A stretch of DNA of 64,000 bases from the NCBI GenBank assembly GCA_000091205.1, contig AP006495.2. The stretch is one strand, 5' to 3'. Both the position numbers and the translations under genes were made by a program. Source of the DNA: Cyanidioschyzon merolae. Taxonomy: Eukaryota. The notes under the pieces were generated by a model, which was not told the origin of the DNA, searched no databases, and worked only from the letters and a program-made list of their open reading frames with translations. Positions 1 to 9,670 of the stretch are shown one piece after another; within the stretch, counting starts at the first letter, position 1, and every line of letters begins with the position of its first letter.

Positions 1-17
1 ACCCGCCCGGCAAGAGC

Positions 18-1538
18 ATGCAGTTTGACATTGCCGCCTACGAGGCTTGGAAAGCTAGCGACCCTGAGCTGCTGCAACCTTGGATCGAAGCGACCAAGGA
101 GCCACTGCTCGCGCAGCACCAGCAGCACCAGCATCCAGTTGACGGGGGAGTTGCGACTGGGACGCCACCCTCCGAAGGCACCTCGTTGTGCGCACCTTCG
201 ACACACGCTGTGGCCACAGTGGGAGTCAGGTCACCAGCTGTCGCCGACGAGAACGATAACGACGACCTGAAACCGTATCCAATGCCGGCTGATGAACTCG
301 CGATTGATCCTCATTCGGAGCCGCGGGAAGACGGTACTGGATCATGCGCTCAGGAGACACTTGGGCTACCGCAAACATTCGAGACGCTTTATCGAGCGCT
401 GGCCGCGGAGGTGCGGCACGAACCTTTCGGTGCCGAGGCAGCACTCCGGGGGCCTAGCTCCACAACACCCCAGGATTCAACGCCCACGTCGACGAGCATA
501 CCCACGCAGCGTGTGCTGTGTCAACTCGAACAACTTATCGAACGCGACGTTGCAGGTCTTGAATATTGGGCGATGCCTATGCTTCAGCTGCTGCACCGAC
601 TGGGCACCGGCTCCTCGTCCACATCGATCGCACGCGACTGCGCTGCACTTTGCAGAACAATCGCAGTCCATGCATTCTCTTCCATTGCAGTACCTGTAGC
701 AAAACTCGTCTTCAGTCAGAATATGACGCTGACAGAGCGAAGCGAGTGGCTCGAGATCCTCGCGAACAGCGTCGAAACCCTTCTGAACACCCAATACACC
801 GCACGAAAGCCAACACAGCGAGGCGCAGCGGAAGCAACCTCGCCGACACCCGAAGGCCATCAAGACCACCAGATATGCAGCCGCGTCAGGCGCGTTTCGG
901 TGCGCTCGCTGCATCAAACAAAAGCACGGCAAAGCGAGTCTTTCGCGATGTCTCAGCGTGCGGTATTCACTGCAGCTGCAGGCGCTTGCGACGCGTCTGG
1001 GCAAACGTCACTTCACACCCAGCCGGCACTCCACTTCCATGCCATGGTGCAGGCGTTCTTTGAATTACTCGCTGGGGCGGACACCGAGGAGCCCTGGCTC
1101 GATCTCTGGCGACGGGATCAAATGCTTCTGGCGCAACTGGTACAGACATGTGCTCTGGTACTGCACTGTGCGCAAGGGCCGGGCTCTCTTTGTATAGGTG
1201 CGGTGACTCGTCTCGCCAGCATGGGACAAGCGCTAGCGCAACTGGCATACACAGCGCGAACTTGCTCGGATGCTGCAGTGCATCGGGCGTGTGTACTCGC
1301 ATTCAACGCTGTTTACGAGATTCTTTTGCGAATTCGTGAAGCGTACGGTATTCAAAGTTTCCGGCAATTGGAGCACTGGTGGAGATCGAACCAAAGCAGC
1401 TCCAATGTATCGCTAGAGCATATCGCGCAACTCCTTGAACGCTGGTCCAGTGATGCGCAGGACAGCGCAACACGAGAGCTCGCTCAAGCACTCCTACCCT
1501 GTTTCCATGATGACGGACGGGCGCAACGAATCGCGTGA
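18..1538 (+). CDS. Hypothetical protein (506 aa), no recognisable domain; Ala/Ser/Thr-rich
   Basis: Uninterrupted 1.5-kb ORF with no comparable ORF on the opposite strand; no motif match. Confidence 0.5.
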   Translation: MQFDIAAYEAWKASDPELLQPWIEATKEPLLAQHQQHQHPVDGGVATGTPPSEGTSLCAPSTHAVATVGVRSPAVADENDNDDLKPYPMPADELAIDPHSEPREDGTGSCAQETLGLPQTFETLYRALAAEVRHEPFGAEAALRGPSSTTPQDSTPTSTSIPTQRVLCQLEQLIERDVAGLEYWAMPMLQLLHRLGTGSSSTSIARDCAALCRTIAVHAFSSIAVPVAKLVFSQNMTLTERSEWLEILANSVETLLNTQYTARKPTQRGAAEATSPTPEGHQDHQICSRVRRVSVRSLHQTKARQSESFAMSQRAVFTAAAGACDASGQTSLHTQPALHFHAMVQAFFELLAGADTEEPWLDLWRRDQMLLAQLVQTCALVLHCAQGPGSLCIGAVTRLASMGQALAQLAYTARTCSDAAVHRACVLAFNAVYEILLRIREAYGIQSFRQLEHWWRSNQSSSNVSLEHIAQLLERWSSDAQDSATRELAQALLPCFHDDGRAQRIA

Positions 1539-1584
1539 CAAAGTTTTTTTCGGATACGACAACATGCCCGACTGCGACAACAAC

Positions 1585-1950
1585 ATCTGGCCTTTGCATG
1601 CTAGTCGCCAGCTCACCGTGAATGCAAACCCGACCCCGATGCTCCATACATATGCAATCTGTTCCGAAAAGAAGACCATCTGGCCTTTGCGTGCTAGTCG
1701 CCAGCTCACCGTGAATGCAAACCCGACCCCAATGCTCCGTACATATGCAATCTGTTCCGAAAAGAAGACCATCTGGCCTTTGCGTGCTAGTCGCCAGCTC
1801 ACCGTGAATGCAAACCCGACCCCAATGCTCCTTACATATGCAATCTGTTCCGAAAAGAAGACCATCTGGCCTTTGCGTGCTAGTCGCCAGCTCACCGTGA
1901 ATGCAAACCCGACCCCAATGCTCCTTACATATGCAATCTGTTCCGAAAAG
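1585..1950. repeat. 93-bp minisatellite, about 3.9 tandem copies, just 3' of the 18..1538 ORF
   Basis: Unit ATCTGGCCTTTGC(G/A)TGCTAGTCGCCAGCTCACCGTGAATGCAAACCCGACCCC(A/G)ATGCTCC(T/A)TACATATGCAATCTGTTCCGAAAAGAAGACC starts at 1585, 1678, 1771 and 1864. A period of 93 = 31 codons explains the artefactual ORFs open in several frames on both strands. Confidence 0.9.
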
Positions 1951-2780
1951 AGTACCGTGCACGGATTGGATCTTCCGGTGCTTCCGACGCTGTCTCTGTT
2001 TGTTTGTTTGTTTTCTGTATGTGACAGGCTTGGAGTTGCTCCGGCACCAGGCAGCGCCGAGCAGGGCACTGTTCCACGCCCTCGCGTCGAATGCAGCATA
2101 TCACCGTAAATCGTCGATAAGCATTGGTAGCGTCAATGCCCGAGGACGTGTCCACGACATCGCGTTGTACCAAAGCGTATCCCCGGAATGGCGTGGTGAA
2201 CAATACGGATCGCCTGCTTCGCTGACGATGTTTTTATTGTGCGGTGCGCGAGACGCGGAACGCGAAAAGACGCCTAGACGCGTAACACCTCGCTGAAAGG
2301 CAAAGCGCGAGCATCTCGTCACCAAGTCGTCACGAATACTTTCAACTCCGGAAACCAATGCAATCGTACTGAACGCCAACGTAATCTGCATTTTTATGGA
2401 CACTGTGAGACCCGACTCGATGCGGATTGCAACAAGCATAAAAGCACTTGTTACGATCCATAACGATGATGATGATTCCTATGATGCACCCCAGTGCCCG
2501 GGAGTTTCACCTGCAGTGGCGGATTCGATGTCGGCGTGCGGAGGTGGTGCTTCCAGAGAGCATCCGCTCAGCTCAAAAGTGGCTCAGAGACGGCGACGCA
2601 GACGGCGTTGTCAGTGCAAACGCACTGTTGCGGACGTCGCGCTGGTTTGGTCTACAGGCAAGTTGCAGCGGCAGCTGCAGCTGTACTGGCTGCAGGCGTC
2701 GATCCCCATTGCCTAGAGACCTGCTCGGTTTCCAGTCGCTCGGTCCAGTTCGCAAACGGTTCAAGCAAGATGCACAGCAC

Positions 2781-4655
2781 TCAGAAATACTCCGCAAATT
2801 CATTGCGCAAGCGCTCAGCGCTCTGTGACTTGCGCAGTTTTGCTAGCGCCGCAAACGATATCTGACGCACACGCTCTTTCGAAACGTTCAAAATCGCTGC
2901 TACCTGTTGCAGCGTTTTCGGTTCATCGTCGTCCAGTCCAAATCGCAATCTCAGGACAAACACCTCTCGATCATTCAACACAGATCGCAGCAAGCGTAAA
3001 ACTGCATCCTTCATGAAAGAGTCCACGAGATCCTCTTCGTCCCGAGGGTCTGCAATGGACTCAAGAAAGCTGCCGCTGTCGGGATCAGGGTCCTCAGTCG
3101 TATCCATACCGCGATCAAAGGAGAGCACCTGGCGGTTCACTTGTTCGAAGACAAAGCGCACCTTGTCGGGCGCCATGCCCGCGCGCTCTGCGAGTTCATC
3201 CTCGGTGGGTTCCCGACCCAGCTCTGCAGTGAGCAATCGCCGCAGCTTGCGTAGGCGCTGGTACGCATCGGTGACACGCGACGGTAGCCGAATAATCCTC
3301 GACGCTTCATCAAGCGTTCTAAAAATGGACGCACGGATCCACCACGAGGCGAATGTGCTAAAGCGGTACCCGCGGGATCCATCGAAACGCTCGGCTGCTC
3401 GAATGAGTCCTATCGAGCCTTCCTGCATCAGATCGCTCATGGTGACACCAATCGCCTCTGCACGCCGGCTGAATCGATTGACAATTGCATTCACCAGACG
3501 CAAGTTGCTGGTTACGAGACGATTCCGGGCCTGGTGTCCGCGAGCAAGCGCCTCCTGCAGCTCCGCAGCAGACTTCATGTTCAGCGCCCGTGCCCACTCC
3601 TGAGATGTCGGTGGTCGATGGAGCATCTTCTCTAGATCTTGTCGTTTCTCTTCGATTCTATTCAAGTGCTGCACTTCGCGCGCGAGCGCTACTTCCTCCT
3701 CATGCTCGATAAGTTGATAGCGACGAATTTCATCCAAATAATCGAAAAGCGAGTCGCGGTTCTGGCGTTCACCAGCGCTACTGCTGCTGCTGCTGCTGGT
3801 GTTCACGCTATCATCCGTGGCAAGCGACGGCTCTGCCATTGCATCCAAGGTCAACGAGCGCTCCCCTAGCTGCATTGCTTCGTCGTCGTCGTCCTCGTCG
3901 TTGTCGTCGTCTGTTTCGACAGGTCCATCGTACTTAGAGCTGCGACCTCGTTCCCGAAGCACGTCATCACTTTGGCCTTCGCGCTGCGCAGCCGCTGCTC
4001 GTTCTCGCTGCTCTCGTTCCATCTGCTGCACTTCAAGTCGCTTACGTTGTTCTTCTCGCAAACGCTCTTTCGCCAACTCGGTGAGCGCTTCCAGCTTCTC
4101 TTTACGTGGTTTGCGCCCACCCTTCTTCGCCGAATTGTCTTCGGTTTCCTTTCGTGCTGGTAGAGACGCCTCAGCGGAGGCTTGCTCCAGCGACCGCTTG
4201 CGTGGCTGGTCCGGCTCCGCATACGTCTTAACAGACTTTGACGCGGAGCTGTCTTTCTCAGACTTGCTCCTGGAGCGCGGCGCCCGTGCACGTTTCGACC
4301 TGCGGCCGCTGGGGCCCTCGGTCCGGGCCGAGGGCCGCTCGGCTTCACTGGGGCTCTGCATTCGCGGCTTGCTTGTCGGTATGCCGTCGAGCGCTATACT
4401 GCGCACTGCTGGCACCCGTCGCTGTACAGATAGGTCCACGAGTTGTGACGGTTGAATCCCTCGTCGCCTGAACCAGGACCGAGTACGCCCGGTGAAGAGC
4501 GCCACGGTGAAACCCACCCGCATAGAAGTTCTCCCCGATCCAGAGCGCTGGATCATAACCGCATCAGTGTCAATGTGCCGATACCTTCCCCTAGATTCTG
4601 AAACTGTAAGTGTTTCAGGTCTCAGAACAGCGGCGCGTGCACTATTCTTCCGCAA
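2781..4655 (-). CDS. Sigma-70 family RNA polymerase sigma factor (group-1/2-like). It is nuclear-encoded, so the plastid is the expected destination. A roughly 330-aa acidic/Ser/Lys-rich N-terminal extension precedes conserved regions 2, 3 and 4
   Basis: Region 2 DLMQEGSIGLIRAAERFD, region 1.2/2.1-like NLRLVNAIVNRF, and region 4.2 TLQQVAAILNVSKERVRQISFAALAKLRK. The N-terminus is Arg/Ser/Thr-rich, resembling a transit peptide. Confidence 0.85.
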   Translation of the reverse strand: MRKNSARAAVLRPETLTVSESRGRYRHIDTDAVMIQRSGSGRTSMRVGFTVALFTGRTRSWFRRRGIQPSQLVDLSVQRRVPAVRSIALDGIPTSKPRMQSPSEAERPSARTEGPSGRRSKRARAPRSRSKSEKDSSASKSVKTYAEPDQPRKRSLEQASAEASLPARKETEDNSAKKGGRKPRKEKLEALTELAKERLREEQRKRLEVQQMEREQRERAAAAQREGQSDDVLRERGRSSKYDGPVETDDDNDEDDDDEAMQLGERSLTLDAMAEPSLATDDSVNTSSSSSSSAGERQNRDSLFDYLDEIRRYQLIEHEEEVALAREVQHLNRIEEKRQDLEKMLHRPPTSQEWARALNMKSAAELQEALARGHQARNRLVTSNLRLVNAIVNRFSRRAEAIGVTMSDLMQEGSIGLIRAAERFDGSRGYRFSTFASWWIRASIFRTLDEASRIIRLPSRVTDAYQRLRKLRRLLTAELGREPTEDELAERAGMAPDKVRFVFEQVNRQVLSFDRGMDTTEDPDPDSGSFLESIADPRDEEDLVDSFMKDAVLRLLRSVLNDREVFVLRLRFGLDDDEPKTLQQVAAILNVSKERVRQISFAALAKLRKSQSAERLRNEFAEYF

Positions 4656-7446
4656 TAAAACGCTAAAGAAACATGCAAATGAAGAATGAGCGTTAAAAGG
4701 AGGCTCTTTGAGATCAACGGCTTCATCAGGGCGATGCGGATGTGAACGGGACAGATTGCGCGCCGCAAACGCGTGGCGGGCGTACGATGCAGGAGGAGGC
4801 GATGCGCGCTGTGGTAGCGCCTTCGACGAACGATGAGCGCTCGGGTAATTGGATGGGTACCCCGTTATTTGAGAGGACGTTTGCGTGGATCAGGGATCCG
4901 AGGTCCCCGGAGGGATAGTGGCACTCGGGTAGGCTTCGATCACGCTGTACCCGAGATTCAAGTTCCGTGACCTATACTTTTCTCGAACGTACTGGTTATT
5001 TCGCACGTTCTATCGTTTGCCAAGTGCCTGCCTTGCTGCACCCGCTCTAGCACCTGTTCCGCTGGTGTGGTTGCGTCACGGAGACAGAGCGGACATCGCA
5101 TAGCGTTGGGGGCATCGGTTCGAGGTACGGTTCACTGGTCCCAGATTCGGGACGCACTGGCTTTATGGGAGCGTGGGAACTGCCCAGGCAGACGCACGGC
5201 CTGCGAGAGCGCAAGGCGACCTGCTGGGAGACCACTGCAAGCAAAACGACGCCCAGACGCATCGCAACCGCTCCTAGTCTCAGGATGGACTGCGTTCCGG
5301 GCGAGCTGCTGAGGTCTCGCCTCTGCACCCGGCAGTACAACGGTGCACAGAGTGCAAGCCCGGTAGACTCGTCCTGGTCGTGGGGCCTTCCGCTTAGAAG
5401 GCAAACTTTCACAACAAACGAGAGAACTTCCACCTTTCAACGCGTAACGTGAATCTGGAAAGAAACTGTTGCCGAGTTGGTCGTTCGTTGTTCGTTTCTG
5501 GGCTTTATCGTTGCTGCGGTTTGACGCGCAACCGGCATGGGATAGCTGCGATGGTGCAGTTGCAGGTGCGGTGCACTCGCCCGACACCCTAGGCAAGTGA
5601 ACGCGTAGCATTGTGAGGATCTCTCCGTCCAAGCCTTGAGATTTGTTTTCGAATATTTGTTAGATGTATATTACTGACATTATGAGTGCGGTGAGAAGAG
5701 CTTATGGATTCATGCGTAGTTTAAGGACTCTGGATCGTGGTTTCGGAGTGGATGTCTCAGCTCGGTGCCGTTGGAATGCTTCCTAGAACCGGAATCAACA
5801 TGATTCATGACGGAAACGAAAAAGGGCCCCTACATAATCGATATGAGTATCCATTTCATATAGACAAGGCTTGGCGCTTCTCCTTTTGCTCGTGTGTAGC
5901 ATGCTCAAGTTACGCTGGCTTCGCACTTCCCATTTTTCTATGTCAGAGCGACTCGTGGGCGTAGCGATTCGCGCTCTTGGGCTAATATGGAACAAAACCA
6001 GAAGGCTTCGGTGGACGGCTCGTTCCAAAGCTCATGCCGATCGTCTACTCAGCTCGCGACGTCAAATAATCGATTTCCCTCGGAAAAACATATCCTTATC
6101 TCTTGGTGGCCATTGTTAGAATCGAATTCGTTACCAGCGTGATAATTTTCGCGGGATGTGCGCCTAGAGGTTCCGGCCTCTTCTGTTTGTATGGAAAAGC
6201 GTCTCGGGTTTGGTCGACAGTTATCTGAGCGCTCGCGTCCGGGAGAGAGCGCTTCACCACTTTGCACGAATGGGGCAAAGACGACTCGAAAGTTCTCGAC
6301 TTTTCCCGGACTGTAGTTTTCTTCAGGTACTTTTTTTGATTATGGACAACATCGCGTTCAAGAAAATTTCCCACCAAATAGGGCAACCTGCGCTTGCAGC
6401 GGATGGCGTACTCTTCAGGCGAATCGCTCAGAAGAAGCCCATCATCATAGGAACGGCACCGGGCACGGAATCGGAGCGCAGCATCGAGGTGAGGCTTCTA
6501 CACCTGTCAAGCGTGAGCACCGAGCAATGAAGCGAGCGTTCACGCGTCAAAGGCCGACTCTCGGAGAACGAGGAGGTGCAATGGACACGTGAGAACACCC
6601 GATCGAAGTTACGTGTCGCCGCCACGAATGGTGTACCGAGGCTTTATACCAGGTGGATGATGATTGCAAGGGAAACGTTGATCACGGCTTCTGTCCGTGC
6701 ATGAAATGCGTGACCAATAGCACGAGGTAGCGAACTCGGGACTTGAACGCTTCGACTGCTGCCAACGGTACCCTAGAGAACGTATACACCAGTGTACTGA
6801 ATGTCTTGATAAGGGAAAGAAAGAGGAAACAGTCACAAATAAAGCCCGCAAACCCCGGAGTTCATGACAGTGCAAAGAGTCCCAAACATTGTCCTGTGTG
6901 TGTGAGTGTGCCCGAGCTCGAGGGCTCTTTTCGTTTTATTCTCGCTTGGATGCAATTCGCATTGCTGTCACAACGGTGGCGCATGCGTGACGCCTACGTG
7001 TCCATAGCAATGCGTGCTGGTGCATGGACCCGTGCCACGCACGCACTCGATCTGTGCGTGCACATGCGGCGCACTGAAGCGCAAGACTTGCTGAGCGATC
7101 ATTCGCGCTGCCCGATGCACTGCACTGCACTGCACTTCACTACATGATGCATTCGCGTTTGGCGCGGGACCAGCATCGACTGGTGCTTCACATGACGCAC
7201 GTGTCCATTCAACAGCGTAGACGCGTTGCTGCTGTTACGACTGCTTCTGCAGAGCCGTCGGGGTTATGGATCGCTCGCTGGCGGCGTCGCCGGAAGCAGC
7301 GCGCTGTGATCGCCGGGCGATACACGGCGCCAGCCGCGTGCGTACGATGGACGCGCGTTCCCGCTCATGCGGTTCCTGCGCAGGCCATGCAGCTGTACGT
7401 ATAGCACCTCTTCTCCCAAAGTACCTGGAGTTCGGCGTCAACCTTC

Positions 7447-8991
7447 ATGGATGCAACTGCTCATATAGGCAGTGCGTTTGATCTCCGGGGGAATATCGGC
7501 GAAGAAAGCCCTCTCTCAGTGGAGAACGAGGCACCACCAAACGCTTTTCAGGGCACGCGGGGCTCGGACACGGAAAATGATAGCCGACTCTCGCTCGGTG
7601 CGCTTTCGTCCTATGCGCCGTTGCTTGTGGAAGTTGCTTGCCAGCTAAGCAAGTTACGAGATCGACTAAACGACTTGGAGCATCAATCGAGAAAATCGAG
7701 CTGTGTCCAAGACCAGCTGGGTGCACTTGCCAATCAGGTAGCCGTATTAGAGGAGCGCTTGCGCCAGCACGTGCTGGCTCGCGAGCACTGGTGCGCTGCT
7801 GAATCCGTTCCCGAACGGAAATCCCTCCTCGAAAGCGAGGATGCATCGGACGCTGTGGACAAACTCGCCGAGGAGTTCAGAGACCAATTTTTAGACATCA
7901 GAGCGTTCGAGCTCCGCCTCACTCAAGCGGTCAACGCGCGCTTTCTGGAACTCTATCGCTGGACGGAGTCCCAATTGACCCGTCTCGAGGAAAGACTTGC
8001 CAGCATCGACGTGGACGGCTCTCTGAAGCGCGAGATGGCCACGCATGCAGAGCAAATAGGTCAAAAACTGGAACACCTTGAATCGGGCATGCGTTCGTGC
8101 ATTTCACGCGAGGAGTGGTCACGTGAGCGTGACGCCCTTGAAAAGCACCTTCGCCATGATCTCGGCGAGTGCGCGAATCGCAACGCGTCGTCGAAACCGT
8201 CGGCACCCACAGAGCAGGGCACAACCTCAACCTCAGTTGCGCTGGATGCGATGCGTAGTGTCATGCACCTCCAGAGCACCGTCGAGGGGAATGCTCGCGC
8301 TGTCGAGGACGCCCTCACAGCAGTACGCACGAGCTGCCAAGCGCTCAACCAACGTCTGCAAAGAATAGAACACCAGTTAACAACGGATGAATTCGTCGGC
8401 GGCGCTGGCATGCGACAGGTCGCGCCACCACCAGACTGGAACCAGATCCAGCAAACCGTCCGAAAACTCGAAAGCCAGCTGCAGAAACTATCTTCCCGGT
8501 TACCGGATCCCGAAGAAATACACACCGCCGTAACACAGACCAAGGAACTAACTGGCCGGAACGATCAACTCGAACGAAGAGTAGAGCGCTTGCACGTCCA
8601 AATGGAAAGCGAGCGGAACCAGCGCAGCGAGCTGGAGCACAAGGTAACCCGCCTGGAGGACTTTACCAGCACTTTACAATCACTACCCGCCGAGTTGACG
8701 AGTCTCACCAAGTCCATGACCCAAGGCGATGAAGTTCTACAAGAGTGGGTGCGCGGCCAGCTCCAACGACTCGATGCGCGACTCCATGAACACGAATCTT
8801 CACTACACGAGCTTCGTGCGGAGACGGCGCACCTCTACGAACAGTATGCGGAAGTAGCAGCTCTGATCCTGTTGATGACTCCAGCCGACAACCGGGCCAC
8901 AGTGGAGCGACGAATTCGACAACTATTGCCGGGCCTTGGAGCGCTGAAATTGCCCGCATCACGCGCTGGCACCTCCGAGGACACCCGCTGA
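7447..8991 (+). CDS. Coiled-coil protein (514 aa) of unknown function
   Basis: Long ORF with heptad-like Leu/Glu/Arg/Gln-rich segments (LEERLRQH, LESQLQKLSSRL, RLEDFTSTLQS). Confidence 0.5.
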   Translation: MDATAHIGSAFDLRGNIGEESPLSVENEAPPNAFQGTRGSDTENDSRLSLGALSSYAPLLVEVACQLSKLRDRLNDLEHQSRKSSCVQDQLGALANQVAVLEERLRQHVLAREHWCAAESVPERKSLLESEDASDAVDKLAEEFRDQFLDIRAFELRLTQAVNARFLELYRWTESQLTRLEERLASIDVDGSLKREMATHAEQIGQKLEHLESGMRSCISREEWSRERDALEKHLRHDLGECANRNASSKPSAPTEQGTTSTSVALDAMRSVMHLQSTVEGNARAVEDALTAVRTSCQALNQRLQRIEHQLTTDEFVGGAGMRQVAPPPDWNQIQQTVRKLESQLQKLSSRLPDPEEIHTAVTQTKELTGRNDQLERRVERLHVQMESERNQRSELEHKVTRLEDFTSTLQSLPAELTSLTKSMTQGDEVLQEWVRGQLQRLDARLHEHESSLHELRAETAHLYEQYAEVAALILLMTPADNRATVERRIRQLLPGLGALKLPASRAGTSEDTR

Positions 8992-9356
8992 ATGCACGCG
9001 AACAAACCTGCGCGCAACGATAAACCTAGCGCCTGCAGCTCAAACGAAACGTCCCGCCATCGACAGCAATTGCAGCACGCAGCGCAGGTTTACGGACGCG
9101 AGCATGCACGGCACTAGAAGCGATTCGGCATCCGTGCCGCCCCGTGCCTACCCTACATGCGCGTCGGCGACAGGGTGAACGCGCGAGCACGTGCCGTACC
9201 CCAGCCGTTAGCAACGAATCAGCGCCGGCGCCGCGCTCATTCGCGCGCATCGTCGGGCGCAGCACCTGCATGCGTGCGCGCACGTGCATCGCATGGAGCT
9301 GCGGCCACGTACAACGTGCCACGTGTCCATGCATCGTGCACGTAGCCGGGCGCTAC

Positions 9357-9425
9357 GTGCTGCTGCTGCTGCGGCGGCGGCAGCGGCGGCAGCGGCGGCA
9401 GCGGCAGCGGCAGCGGCAGCGGGCA
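9357..9425. repeat. GC-rich tri/hexanucleotide microsatellite, (GCT)n then (GGC/GCA)n, in the convergent 3' intergenic region
   Basis: gctgctgctgctgcggcggcggcagcggcggcagcggcggcagcggcagcggcagcggcagcggg. Confidence 0.7.
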
Positions 9426-9670
9426 CCCCGGGATCATCAGGTGCCGGCGGCAGCGTACCGCAGACCCGTGGGCATCGACGGCACATCCGACGCGCCACGC
9501 CTCTAGGTGGCATCGAGCGTTCGCGACTGCCGCCGCCGCCACGCAGTGTCCTGGTGCCGGTGTGCACGCACCGACGGCGGCTGCCAGGAGCGTCTGCCGC
9601 GTCGTCTGCGACGTGCCGGTTGCGGTTGCCGGCTCGTTGACGGTAGGCGCGCCGCTGGCGCCAGCCCGAG

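Noticed and set aside
1303-2109. 200-220-aa ORFs on both strands with 31-aa repeating peptides (1303..1962 -, 1435..2109 +, 1494..2099 -)
   Set aside because: They are produced by the 93-bp (31-codon) minisatellite, which is open in several frames. No coding signal exists beyond repeat periodicity
2781-4655. Bacterial origin of the contig suggested by the sigma-70 gene
   Set aside because: The flanking genes are eukaryote-specific (tandem-RRM protein, DEK-C/SWIB, PAC2-like chaperone, Sgf11-type finger, polyQ tracts). Gene spacing is about 3.5 kb per gene. The sigma factor carries a long non-bacterial N-terminal extension typical of nuclear-encoded plastid sigma factors
4656-7446. Possible unannotated gene or ncRNA in the 2.8-kb spacer between the sigma-factor and coiled-coil genes (ORFs 5132..5632 -, 6210..6530 +, 6096..6386 -)
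   Set aside because: Only short overlapping ORFs with no motif were found. I could not identify tRNA A/B boxes or snRNA signatures by eye. This needs an RNA-seq or covariance-model scan rather than visual inspection
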